Shown here: positions 1-25,958 of the stretch, piece after piece
Layout: each line of letters starts with the position of its first letter
Numbering within the stretch: the stretch's first letter is position 1
Assembly (NCBI RefSeq): GCF_009914755.1
Contig: NC_060933.1
Length of the DNA: 64,000 bases
Source of the DNA: the human T2T-CHM13v2.0 reference genome, Homo sapiens
Reading direction: 5' to 3' (one strand)
Position numbers and translations under genes: made by a program
The notes under the pieces: generated by a model
Told to the model about the DNA's origin: nothing
Database searches by the model: none
What the model saw: only the letters and a program-made list of their open reading frames with translations

Positions 1-93
1 ATCTTCCAGAACTGTGAGAAATACATTTCTGTTTTTTATAAACTGCCTAGTTTATGGTATATCTTGTTATGGCAGGCTGGATGGACTAAGACA
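1..93 (+). mobile_element. MaLR LTR 3' end (MLT1/MST-like)
   Basis: ccagaactgtgagaaata...ttgttatggcag...gactaagaca, the typical MaLR LTR terminus. Confidence 0.7.
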
Positions 94-1147
94 TTGTGCC
101 TCCAAATTCTGAGCTTTTGTGGCTGTAAATCAGCTTGCTACTAGGCTTCTCTTTTTTTCCGCATTTAGAAAAGATGAAAAAGCTGAAACCTAAGTCATTA
201 TCACTTGTCAGTTTGCTTTCTGTCTTCCAAATTTGCTCCTGACATCTTTTGTTGGCTATCATTTTCTCCACCATTCATTGTTTCTGCCATTTGTTTTTAT
301 TTTTTACTTTCATTTAAGTGGTGTTTTAGGAGAGATGATTAGCTATGTTTAATCATATCTGTTTAGTGGTCCCCTCTTGGTGTTCTTTTTAACTTATGAT
401 CTTCTGATAGAACTGCAGTCTCACTTTTCATCTCATATTTGAATTCTGGTTTTACCAAATGTTTTTAGTATTAAAAGTATTTTGTAGTGTGAAACTGTTG
501 TGTTGAGTGTGCCCCTGTTCTTGAGTTTTGACTATTTTCTTGGTTGGGCACATTGCCTTTTGTGTGCTTTGTTCATTTCTACCTTTGTTATTTTTTCTTT
601 TTCTTACTTTTGAATAGTTTGCATATTTGCATAGTTTCCATGCCATTCTTTGCAATTTCCTGATACTTTGGTGGCTTTATTTTGATCTTCTATTTATAAA
701 AAGAGTTGGAGTTCTTACCTGTCTTACTAGTTTGTTTTTCCCACTGAACATCTGTTTGAGGACTGAACTTCTGTATTTCTTAACACTTTTCTGCAGGTTT
801 ATGTAATGGTGACAGGATGGTAGATACTCAACTGATGTAGTGGGTGGTCCTAGGCTCTGTCGCCTATTTGAGATTTATTAAATGCCATAGACTGTTTTGT
901 TGGGGGTTCTATATACAAATTTTTGTGTTGACATAGATTTTCTGTTCTCTTGGGTATATACTCAGTATTAGAATTTCTGGGTCAAATAGTAACTTTATGG
1001 TTAGCTTTTTGAGGAACTGACGGACTGTTTTCTAATGCTGCTGAATGACAGTATGAGTAATGTTTGAGAGTTCCAGTTTCTCTACGTCTTTGCCATCACC
1101 TGTCATCATCAGTCTTTTTGATGATAACCATCTTAGTGGCATGAAAT

Positions 1148-1381
1148 AGAAGTCCTCATTTAACATCATTCATAGGTTCTTGGGAATTGTGACTTTAAGT
1201 GAATGACGTAGAATGAAACCAGTTTTAGCATAGGTTAATTGATATAAATGAGTTAAGTTCTTGGAGCATATTTCTGGTAAAAAAAATCACTAAACTTCTA
1301 AATAAAGACTCAAAACACTCATATTAAACATTGAAATAAATGTTATCTATACATACATTTAAGAAAGCTTAATAAAAACAA
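1148..1381 (+). mobile_element. MER82-like (TcMar-Tigger) non-autonomous DNA element fragment
   Basis: aagtcctcatttaac...ataggttcttgg...gactttaag...aaacttctaaataaagac...tatacatacatttaagaaag matches the remembered MER82 5' part. Confidence 0.65.
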
Positions 1382-1390
1382 TGGTTTTGA

Positions 1391-1711
<321 letters not shown>

Positions 1712-2864
1712 TTGATTTGCATTTTTCTAATGACTAATGATGTTGAATACCTTTTTATATTGTTGATTGTGACTTTTCTGTCTAAATCTATAAAGTGTGT
1801 ATTCTTTGTCATGTGTGGCCAATGAAATCTCTACTTGGTTTGTAGATGGTCAGCTAATGAATGGACAGAAGATTTTCTTAAATGCCGTGAACAAATAAGT
1901 CTTCTAGCCTTTGCTGAGTGGTTCTTTCTTTATGTTGGAGTATGCATTCAATGCTTTTGTGGGCTGATCAAAACTCTGCCTTAGCCTTTGCTTCCTACTT
2001 GCACAGAGCCTTAAGGTCAGCCAGAGATGAGAGACTGAGGCCTTCTCAGGGACTAGGCTTATATATAGACTTGCACTTGCATGGTTTTCTGATGCCAGGA
2101 ATATGTCAGAGCTTTTCAAAGGCTATATATGTGCCTGGTTCTCTGTGGCTGGGGCTTTTGGGGAGCTCCAACTCTGTTCTTCTCTCCTTCCCCACAGTGC
2201 TGGCTAGGCTGCTGGATTCCATAAGCTACTACTATTCTGAGGCAATTGATTTTTGAAGCAATCAGGAGCTGGTGGGGTGGGGATGAGAATAGTACAAGTT
2301 AAAATGCCACATATCTCACTATTCTTATTGAGATTCAATTGATTTCCCTGAATAAATGCTTTTTGGATTACTGCAAGTTTTTGGTTAATTTAAAGAGTTA
2401 ACGAGAAATTAGATTCAGATAATTTTTGCCAGCATTCTTGTTGCTTTTACGAAGGAAAGGATTTTTGGTGCTACCCCATTCTGGAGCTGCTTATGTTCTT
2501 TGAGGATATTTTGAAGTTTTCTTGTTTTTAAATACCCATTTCTCTTAGGTTGCCCCTCCCCCTTTAACATTATTTGATTTAGATTTTATCTTCATGTTGG
2601 ATAATTTTTAAAAATATCATGTTTTCTCATTTTAAGAGTGAAGGACTAAAAAGTTTCCTAGAAACTTTGAGTGTCTGGGTGAGGCTTTTCAGCCATGATC
2701 TTTACTATAGGATTGTTTGGCTAGATATAATCCTTCCCCCTTCCCCATCTAACTTAAGAAGTAGAAAATAGAAAAGCTGAATACTATGGATCATTAAATA
2801 GATTGAGTCAATGTCAAAATTGCTGGCCCATATTGTTTTACCAATGAATAAAAAGAAACATTAA

Positions 2865-3130
2865 AGGAGCTAATAATTCCAGTTTTATGTAAACTCCTCT
2901 ACAGAATGGAAACATCTTGATAGCATAATCTTGATACCAAACTGACAAGGATAGAAGAAAAGATAATTATAGCTAATCTCAGTTATGAATATATATGCAA
3001 AAATATTATACAAAATATTAGCTAACCAAATGTAGCAAGATTTTAAAAAGATAAAATATAAAAGACTTTATACAATTAATGTCAGGCGGGTTTAACATTA
3101 GAAAATCAATCAATATAATTCTAACTCAAT
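2865..3130 (+). mobile_element. Highly decayed L1M ORF2 fragment
   Basis: gcataatcttgataccaaactgacaagga...atgcaaaaat...aaaatattagc resembles the L1 ORF2 RT-proximal region. Confidence 0.5.
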
Positions 3131-3665
3131 GTAGTCAGTTAATTAATGTAATATAACTTTTCTTCATATAGAATTTCTAAGTATCTCTACTCTTGAGTAG
3201 AATTCCTAAACATCTCTACTATTTTAGGAAAACATCTTTTTCCGTGAAAACATGTTTGTGTGTTTGTATGTGTCTATATCTGTGTGTGTATTTATATTCA
3301 TATCCAAGAATACAATAGAAATTATCATATAATATTAAGTGACTACCAGACCTCTGCATTGAAAATGTGATTGTTAGGTCAGAATTTTATCTAAATCTTG
3401 AAATACTCTTAAATAAAAGCCATTTGGCAAGTAATATTAAATATAGATCAACTATCATAGCAGTAATATAGTAATATATCACCAAAATAAACATCATAAG
3501 CTCTAACTGATTGGCCTTTGATTTTCCAGGTTCTTTTTTTTAAAAAAGGATTAAATTTAAACTTGGTGGAATAGTGGGCATACTCTTTGTTTATTGCAAT
3601 GGGATTTAAGTGATTATGTGTTGTGTTTCTACATGATTTGTCAGTAAAATGGGAATCACGTGTGA

Positions 3666-4271
<606 letters not shown>

Positions 4272-4728
4272 TATGATTTTCTTTTATAAATAAATCTCAT
4301 GAGACTTCCTAAATAATTTATTTTACTATTTTATTTATTTTACTATATAAAATACTATATAAAATAGTTTCGATCAACTAGGATATAAGCATCTTTTTGT
4401 TATAGACTCCATTTTGTTATTATTTCAAATTATTTGGTTTATGGTTAACCATGTAAATTGCTATTTATTTACTTTAAAGTAGACAAGTATGTAAGTCAAT
4501 GACTGAAAGTTGGAGATTATGTATTTGTAATTTAAGAAGGCATATAATTTAACAGTGACTGAATTAATACTGGGGCTATTGAGTGATTGAAGGAGGAGGA
4601 CCTATCATATAGAATAATAGTCTTTTATACTTAGGTAGTATAGTGCATAATGTTCTTAAAAGTGCTTTCATATATGAAAGTACTCTTATGAAAAAATGAG
4701 ATTACATAAGGTTGTTCATAATACTATT

Positions 4729-4928
4729 TGTATTTGGCCATTCTCACATTGCTATGAAGAAATACTTGAGACTGGGTAATTTATAAAGGAAAGAGATTTA
4801 ATTAATTGGCTCATCATTCTGTATGCTTTACAGGAAGCATGGTGCTAACATCTGCTCGGCTTCTGGGGAGGCCTCAGGAAGCTTACAATAATGGTGGAAG
4901 GCAAAGGGGGAGCAGGCATGTCACATGG
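4729..4928 (-). mobile_element. MST-type MaLR LTR fragment (one end only)
   Basis: tgtatt...cattgctatgaagaaatacttgagactgggtaatttataaag...ggaggcctcaggaagcttacaat...gaaggcaaagggggagcaggcatgtcacatgg. Confidence 0.8.
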
Positions 4929-4929
4929 A

Positions 4930-6862
<1,933 letters not shown>

Positions 6863-9355
6863 CTGTCCAGTGGTCTTTACGTTACTGCTATTGTAATTGT
6901 TTTGGGGCACCATGAACCATGCCTGCATAAGGTGATGTACTTAATTTATAAATATATGTGTTCTCACTACTCCTCTGTCCAGCCGTTCTTCCAACTCTCC
7001 CTCTCGTCTGGCCTTCCTACTCCTTGAGACACAACAATGTTGAAATGAGGCCAGTTAACTCTACAGTGTCCTCTAAGTGTTCAAGTGAAAGGAAGGCTCA
7101 CACCTGTTTCATTTTAAATCAAAAGCTAGAAATGATTAAGCTTAGTGAGGAAGGAATGTTGAAAACCAGTACAGGCCAAACGCTATGTCTTTAGTGCCGA
7201 ACAGCCAAGTTGTGAATGCAAAGGAAAAGTTCTTGAAGGAAATTAAAAGTGCTACTTTAGTGAACACATAAGTGATAAGAGAGCCAGCCATTCTTATTGC
7301 TGACATGGAGAAAGTTGTAGTGGTCTGGATAGATCAAACCAGCCACAGCATTCCCTTAAGTCAAAGCCTAATTTAGAACAAGACCCTAACTCTCTTCAAT
7401 TTGATGAAGGCTGAGAGAGGTGAGGAATTTGGAGAAGAAAAGTTGGAGGCTAGGAGAGATTGGTTCATGACTTTTAGGGAAATAAGACTTCTACATAATA
7501 TAAAAATGCAAGGTGAAACAAGTGCTTATGTAGAAGCTGCAGCAAGTAATCCCAAAGATCTAGCTAAAATAATCGATGAAGGTGGCCACACTAAACAACA
7601 GATTTTCATTGCAGACAAAACAATCTTCTACTGGAAGGTGTCATCTAGGTGTTTCAGAGCTAGAGAGGAGAAGTCAGTGCCCAGCTTTAATGCTTCAGAG
7701 GACAGGATGACTCTCTGGTTAGGGGCTAATATTGCTGGTGAGTTTAAGTTGAAGCCATTGCTCATTTACCATTCTCCAAATCCTAGGGCCCTTAAGAATT
7801 ATGCTACATATACTCTGCCTGTGCTCTATAAATGGGACAACAAAGCCCAGATGACAGCTCATCTCTTTACAGAATATTTAACTGAATATTTAAGCCCACG
7901 GTACCTGCTGCTCAGAAAAAAAAGATTCTTCTCAAAATATTGTTTGTTAACAATGCACTTGGTTACTGAAGAGCGCTGATGGTTATGTACCAGCAAGTTA
8001 ATGTTGTTTTCATCCTTGCTAACACAACATCCATTCTGCAGCACATGCATCAATGAAGAATTTTGACTTTCAAGTCTTATTACTTAAGAAATACATTTCA
8101 TAAGGCTATAGCTGACATAGATAGTGACTCCTTTGATGGATCTAGGCAAATTAAATTGAAAACTTTCTGGAAAGGATTTGCCATTCTAGATGCCCTTAAG
8201 ACCATTTGTGATTCATGTGAGGAGGTCCAAATGTCATCATTAACAGGAGTTTGGAGGAAGTTGGTTCCAGTCCTTATGGATAACTTTGGGGGTGGGGGCA
8301 GGTTTAGACTTCAGTGGAATAAGTTACTGTAGGTTAGAAATAGCAAGATAATTAGAATTAGAAGTGGAGCCTGAAGATGTGACTGAATTGCTGCAATCTC
8401 ATGCATTCATAAAACTTGAATGGGTGAGGAGTTGCTTCTTATAGATGACCAAAGAAAATAGTTTCTTGAGATGGAAACTCCTCCTGGTGGAGATGCTGTG
8501 AACATTACTGAAATGACAGCAAAAGATTTAGAATATTACATAAACTTAGTTGCTAAAGTAGCCATAGGGTTTCAGTTTTGAAAGAGGTTCTACTGCTAGT
8601 AAAATGCTATCAAGCAGCATTGCATGCTACAGAGAAACCTTTTTGAAGAAAGAGTCAACCAATGTAGCAAACTTCTTTGTTGCCTTATTTTAAGAAACTG
8701 GCACTGACTGCCCAGCCTTCAGCTGCTACCACCCTCATCAGTCAGCAGTCATCAACAAACATTGAGTTAGGACCTTCCACCATTAAAGATGATGACTTCC
8801 TGAAGGGCCAGATGATGGTTAGCATTTTTTTTTTTAGCAGTAAAGTATTTTAATTTTATTTATTTATTTTTGAGACAGAGTCCTGCTCTCTCGCCCAGGC
8901 TGGAGTGCAGTGGCGTGATCTCGACTCACTGCAATCTCTGCTTCCTGGGTTCAAGCGATTCTCCTGCCTCAGCCTCCCATAGTAGCTGGGATTATAGATG
9001 TGCGCCACCACATCTGGCTATGTTTTGTATTTTTAGTAGAGATGGGGTTTTGCCATGTTGGCCAGGCTTGTCTCAGATTCCTGGGCTCAAGTGATCCATC
9101 TGCCTTGGCCTCCCAAAGTACTGGGATTACAGGCGTGAGCCACTGTGCCTGACCTCAATAAAGTATTTTTAAATTAAAATAAATATGTTTTTATATATAA
9201 TGCTATTGCACACTTAATAGATTACACTATAGTGCAAACATTACTTTCATTTGCAATTTTTTGGAAACCAAAAATTGATGTGACTCACTTTATTGCAATA
9301 TATGCTTTATGGCAGTGGTCTGGAACTGAACCAGCCATATCTCTAAGGTATGCCT
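6863..9355 (+). mobile_element. Tigger1 DNA transposon (decayed transposase, 5' end missing)
   Basis: Pogo/CENP-B-like transposase remnants (SKCSSERK..LNQKLEMIKLSEEG; FKLKPLLIYHSPNPRALKNYA; TFKSYYLRNTFHKAIA). 3' TIR ...atctctaaggtatgcct at ~9340-9355. Confidence 0.92.
8853..9154 (-). mobile_element. AluS inside Tigger1
   Basis: Full antisense dimer; taaagtatttt on both sides. Confidence 0.9.
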
Positions 9356-9472
9356 TTGTTAAGAAGTCTGTTACCTGAAGGAAGTAATTATTAAGAGTTC
9401 ATATATAGCCTGCTATAGAATAGTAATCTTATGAATAAGGGGATTCATAAGAATAAGAATAAGGAATTGGAA

Positions 9473-10182
9473 TCTCAGACCAGTCAGAATGGCTATTATT
9501 AAAAAGTCAAAAAATAACAGATGCTGGCGAGGTTGTGGAGAAAAGGGAACACTTATGCATTATTGGCAGGAATGTAAGTTCATTCAACCATTGTGGAAAA
9601 CAATGTGGCGATTCCTCAAAGAACTAAAAACAGAACTACCTTTTGATCCAGCAATCCCATTTCTGGGTATATACTCAAAGGAATAGAAATTGTTCTACCA
9701 CAAAGACACGTGGCATGCATATGTTCATTGCAGCACTATTCACAATAGCAAAGACATGGAGTCAACCTAAATGCTTATCAGTGTTAGACTAGATAAAGAA
9801 AATGTGATATATATACATCATTAAATACTATGCAGCCATAAAAAAGAATGAGGTAATATCCTTTGCAGGAACATGGATGGAGCTGGAGGCCATTATCTTT
9901 AGCAAACTAACACAGGAACAGAAAACCAAATACCACATGTTCTCACTTCCAAGTGGGAACTAAACAATGAGAACACATGGACACAAAGAGGGGAACAACA
10001 TACACTGGGTTCTGCCTGAGGGTGGAGAGTGGGAGAAGGAAGAGGATCAGAAAAAATAACTTTTGGGTTCTAGGCTTAGTACCTGGGTGATGAAATAATC
10101 TGTACAACACATCCCTGTGACATGAGTTTACCTATATAACAAACCTACACATGTACCCATGAACCTAAAAAGTTAAAAAAAT
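9473..10182 (+). mobile_element. 5'-truncated L1 3' end (about L1PA13-16)
   Basis: ORF2 C-terminal zinc-knuckle region ([16 protein letters not shown]) and 3'UTR. Degenerate TSD agaataaggaattggaa / aaataagaaattggaa. Confidence 0.88.
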
Positions 10183-11142
10183 AGAAATAAGAAATTGGAA
10201 ATATGAAATAAAAGTTGAATTTAAAATGTTTCTTCATCTCTTCACTGTGGACTTAGGATGCTGGGTGTTTTTCAAACTAGAATCTTTGATAGAGAATTAT
10301 ATTTGATGTTTGTAACATACTCAGATTCTAATGGTATCTTTTGAGTGGCTAGGTATTCTTGGAAGCATATATAAATATTCATGTGTGTTTGTCCATGAAT
10401 AACATTACTGTGGTGAGGGAAATGTGGGAAAGAGGGCTTTGTTAAAGGCCTTAAATGACAACAATGAATCTAGATTAGTTACTGTGGAGAATGCCTTTGA
10501 TATTTGTGTTAACTTTACTTTTGAACTTTTTCAATAAAATTCAACTCCCATTTCTGTGTTTAGTTGGGAAAGGGGATTGAGAGATTTTAGTATAAGACTA
10601 CCTGAAGTTATTTCTTTTTCAATAGCTAAGCAAAGATTTGAAAGCTTTTTGAAAATCCAAGAGGAAATGAAACACAGCCATCTAGTGGATGCAATTTTAA
10701 AAGCTGTAAGCATGTAATTTAAGTACCGTGAGCTCATGTAAGCATTATAAACATTATTAGGCATTCAAGTTAATCATTTCTTATTATAAAAAGGGCAATA
10801 TACATTTAAAAATTTTAATGAGAAGGGGAAACATAATATATGATAGTTGAACTACTGCATTATATAAATACCTTCAGAGGTCAGTTAAACTAATGTAACT
10901 TTCTCATATGCTATAACATTTTCCGTTGTAATATTAATCAGAGTTTTTGAATTCTAAAACTTCAGTATTGCTTTTTAAACACATGGACATTCTGAAACAT
11001 TGATGGAAAATATCTAGGCCTCTTTTGCCTATATAAATTAACCTATTATTATAGTTGAAGCACAGATTTAGTTACTCACTGTCTTCTATTGGAGTGACTC
11101 TTAGTCATTGATGGCTTATAAACTTTATTGATGCAAAAATGA

Positions 11143-11322
<180 letters not shown>

Positions 11323-11352
11323 TAATATATATGCGTACAAACTTTCACATAT

Positions 11353-11355
11353 GCG

Positions 11356-11407
<52 letters not shown>
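11353..11407. repeat. Compound (GC)6(AC)~21 microsatellite
   Basis: Read directly; starts about 50 nt downstream of the exon donor. Confidence 0.97.
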
Positions 11408-11409
<2 letters not shown>

Positions 11410-12203
11410 AAACCCATTCCGTGATTTAAGATTGGAGAGTTTTACTCTGTGATAATATATAAAACTAATTTTAGGGGCACTTATTTATAATGTATATTTG
11501 GCTTCTTTGAAAATTTTTGTATCTGAGTATTTTCTGTTTTGCCCTAGTTTAAAAAAATCTGTTCACTTTTGAACAATTAACTCTCATGGAATATTTGGGA
11601 AGTTTGAGAGTAATTGTTTACATTATTAGGTTGAGAAAGCAACACAGGAAAAGTTTTGGTGTACATAGGTTCTAAATCATAAAAGTAATTTTACATTTTA
11701 ATTTTGTAGTTTGAATCATGTATGGTTTTGTGGAATGCTTTTCAGATGAGACTTTACTTGGGAAAGGAGCATCAATTTACAGATGAAAAACAGGATTTTT
11801 ATTCGTGAATGATACTGAAAATAACTTTTAATCTTAAGAGAAATGTAATTGATTTGTTAGTTCATCTTTTTAAAATTTCTCTTTGCTTTGTGGGAAATGA
11901 AATATTTAAACAGATAAAGAAGTTTTGTCCTAAACATAATTTGTAATCTTTATTAGGCAAATAAATACTTATGAAGAGTATTTAATGGCAAAGTACTAGA
12001 GTTAACACTTATTAAACTCACTGTGTCACTTAACACTGTTAAGAACAGCAATAAGGATTATAACTTTTGGGAGGAAGGAAGTGTGATTCCTAATATTTTT
12101 AGATGATATGTAAATAAAATGAATAGTAAAATCAACTTTGAAATTATTGACACTAGTAAAAACATTCAATAAGGAGGCTAGGCAGAGAATAATATATGAC
12201 AAT

Positions 12204-15860
<3,657 letters not shown>

Positions 15861-15937
15861 GGGTTAGACCCTAAGAATCATGGGTTTAGGGAAGCCGTAT
15901 TGTGTAGGGTGATAAGGAAATGTTAAAAGGTTTCACT

Positions 15938-22183
<6,246 letters not shown>

Positions 22184-22539
22184 TTTCTTTGGAAAATTTT
22201 TAAACATTACAATCTATAGGTCTTTTCTCTGTATTTCTTTTATTTCTACAAAGGGATATCTGCTAGTTTCAGGTTTGATGGTTAGAAAATGGAAGAAGGA
22301 AATGGAGGAAGAATCTGGTTATGATGCTGTTTAATGTGCAGACATCCCCCTGATTTTGGTCTGGTGCACCCCTCTTCCTCTCTCTCCATGTGTATTTCTG
22401 TGTTCAGCTTCTGGTTCAGATTTATATTCTTCAGATAATAAACCTTTGTGTGAGGGCTAGGGTAGGGTATTTGTTTGGCTACTTGGGGTAAGGGTGGATG
22501 CCTTGAAGTCTAACTTCTTACAGCGATGAGTAAAAAAAA

Positions 22540-24060
22540 CACTTTATAGAGATGTAATTTGCATATTATAAATTTGTCCATTTGAAGTGTACAATTCAGT
22601 GGTTTTTAGTGTATTCACAGCATTGTGCAACCATTACTATAATCCATTTTGGAACATTTTCATCACACAATAAGAAACCCTGCTCATTAGCCATCACTTT
22701 CCTATTCCCCTTTCCTCTCATCCCTAAGCAACCACTACTTTCTGTCTTTATAGATTTGCCTATTCTAGACATTCCTTACAAGTGGAACTACAATATATGG
22801 TCTTTTCTGACTGACTTCTTTCACTTAGCATAATGTTTTCAAGGTTTGTCCATGTTGCAGCATGTATTAGTGCTTCATTCTTTTTTATGCCTGAATGATA
22901 TTCTGTTGTGTAATATATATTTTGTGTCTCTGTCCATCAGTTGATGGACGTTTGTGTTTGTATTTGTCAGGGTTCTCTAAAGGGACAGAACTAATAGTAT
23001 ATATGTATATGTGAAGGGGAGTTTGTTAGGAGAATTGACTTACACTATCACAAGTTGAAGTTCCACAATAGGCCATCTGCAAGCTGAGGAGCAAGGAAGT
23101 CAGTCGAAGTCTCAAAATCTCAAAAGTAGATAAGCCAGCAGTGCAGCCTTCAGTCTGTGGTCGAAGGCCTGAGAGCCCCTTTTTATCATTTTATGTGCTT
23201 ATTAGCCATTCATATATCTTCTTTGGAGAAATAGCTATTTACACCCTTGTCCTTTTTAAAAATGGATTGTTTGTACTGTATATATATATAAATCACAGTG
23301 TAAGTCCAAGAGTCTAAAAATTGAAGAACTTGGAGTCTGATGTTCCAGGGCAGGAAGCATCCAGCACAGAGAAAGATGAAGGCTGGAACACTCAGCAAGT
23401 CTCCCCATTCCACTTTCTTCTGCCTGCTTTATTCTAGCCATGCTGGCAGCTGATTAGATGGTGCCCACCCAGACTGAGGGTAGGCTGCCTCTCCCACTGC
23501 ACTGACTCAAATGTTAATTTCCTTTGGTAACACCCTCACAGACACACCTAGGAACATTACATCCTTTAATCCAATCAAGTTGACACTCGGTATTAACCAT
23601 CACAGTGTTGTTTCCACTCTTTCAGCCATAATGAATAATGCCACCATGAACATTCGTGTACAGGTTTTTGTGTGGATATGTTTTCAGTTGTCTTTATGAT
23701 ATATCTAGGAGAGGAATTGCTGGGTCACATGGTAACTATATGGTTAACATTTTGAGGAACTGTCAGTTTGTTTTGTACAGTGGCAGCATTTTACATTCCC
23801 ACCAGCAAGGTATAAGGGTTCTAGTTTCTCTAGATCCTCACCAACAGCTGTTATTGTCACTCTTTTATATTACAACCACTGTAGTAGGTGTGAAATGGTA
23901 CCTTATTGTGGTTTTGATTTGCATTTCTCTGATGATTGATGATGTTGAATATCATTTTATGTGCTTATTAGGCATTCATGTATCTTCTTTGGAGAAATAG
24001 CTATTTAGACCCTTAGACCCTTCTCTTTTTTAAAAATGGATTATTTGTACTATGTATATA
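22540..24060 (-). mobile_element. Ancient L1MB-like 3' region hosting an MLT2 LTR
   Basis: aagtgtacaattcagtggtttttagt...tttcacttagcataatgttttcaagg...gtggttttgatttgcatttctctgatg. Confidence 0.75.
22959..23604 (-). mobile_element. MLT2 (ERVL) solo LTR
   Basis: tgtatt.gtcagggttctcta...ttaaccatcaca termini with 5-bp TSD GTGTT (22954-22958 / 23605-23609). Carries a foreign insert at 23181-23290. Confidence 0.88.
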
Positions 24061-24353
24061 TATATATATCTATAAGATGCTAACGATGGAGGAAACTGGG
24101 TATGGAGTAGGTAGATGGACTTACCAACAGAAATGCCAAATATGAACTTGGCAAGGATAAACTTCCTCATACTCTAACCACACATGGGTTATTTTTTACA
24201 AGATTACAGAAGGAATAAAAATATGAAATTATATTTGAAATAGTATTTTAACATATTGTCTTGTGCTGAACATCTTTTTAGGCCAATAAATTCAGGAATT
24301 CATTATATTTTATATCATCATTTTTAATACTATGGTTTGTAGATGGCTTACTA

Positions 24354-24671
<318 letters not shown>

Positions 24672-24863
24672 GGTTTAGGATAGAGTTAATGTTCTGAATA
24701 TTAGAATTTAAAAGATCACTTAGAAGTCACTTAAGGATGCTAGAAAACTCTATCATCACTAAAAACATTTTATTAATTGTGTTATAGTTGTGAGGCTGTA
24801 CTATGTAATAACGAATTTTTTTTTGTTTTTAGGGTTCTTGGTAAGGCAGTTTTGACTCAGTTA

Positions 24864-25196
<333 letters not shown>

Positions 25197-25347
25197 AAGA
25201 AAATATCTAAACCTAAACTTTAAGGTGTGGTTGTGCACAACCCGGTATTGACTTTTTTCTGTAAAATACTTAATTTCCTCAATATCTGTTTTTATTGGTT
25301 GATGTTATAGGTATAATATTATTATAGACTGGTTTTATTTTTACTTT

Positions 25348-25958
25348 TTAAAATTTTTTTGTTTATTTTATTATTATTATTATTATACTTTAAGTTTTAG
25401 GGTACATGTGCACAATATGCCGGTTAGTTACATATGTATACATGTGCCATGCTGGTGTGCTGCACCCATTAACTCGTCATTTAGCATTAGGTGTATCTCC
25501 TCATGCTATCCCTCCCCCCTCCCCCCACCCCACAACAGTCCCCAGAGTGTGATGTTCCCCTTCCTGTGTCCATGTGATCTCATTGTTCAGTTCCCATCTA
25601 TGAGTGAGAACATGCGGTGTTTGGTTTTCTGTCCTTGCGATAGTTTACTGAGAATGATGATTTCCAATTTCATCCATGTCCCTACAAAGGACATGAACTC
25701 ATCATTTTTTATGGCTGCATAGTATTCCATGGTGTATATGTGCCACATTTTCTTAATCCAGTCTATCCTTGTTGGACATTTGGGTTGGTTCCAAGTCTTT
25801 GCTATTGTGAATAGTGCCGCAATAAACATACGTGTGCATGTGTCTTTATAACAGCATGATTTATAGTCCTTTGGGTATATACCCAGTAATGGGATGGCTG
25901 GGTCAAATGGTATTTCTAGTTCTAGATCCCTGAGGAATCACCACACTGACTTCCACAA
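25348..25958 (-). mobile_element. L1PA3/4-like 3' fragment, 'copy E'
   Basis: Antisense 3'UTR and ORF2 end; 12-bp TSD tatttttacttt (25336-25347 / 25959-25970). Confidence 0.93.

Noticed and set aside
7057-8400. Tigger1 transposase as a domesticated TIGD-like gene
   Set aside because: Split into several frames by stops and frameshifts; a normal decayed copy.
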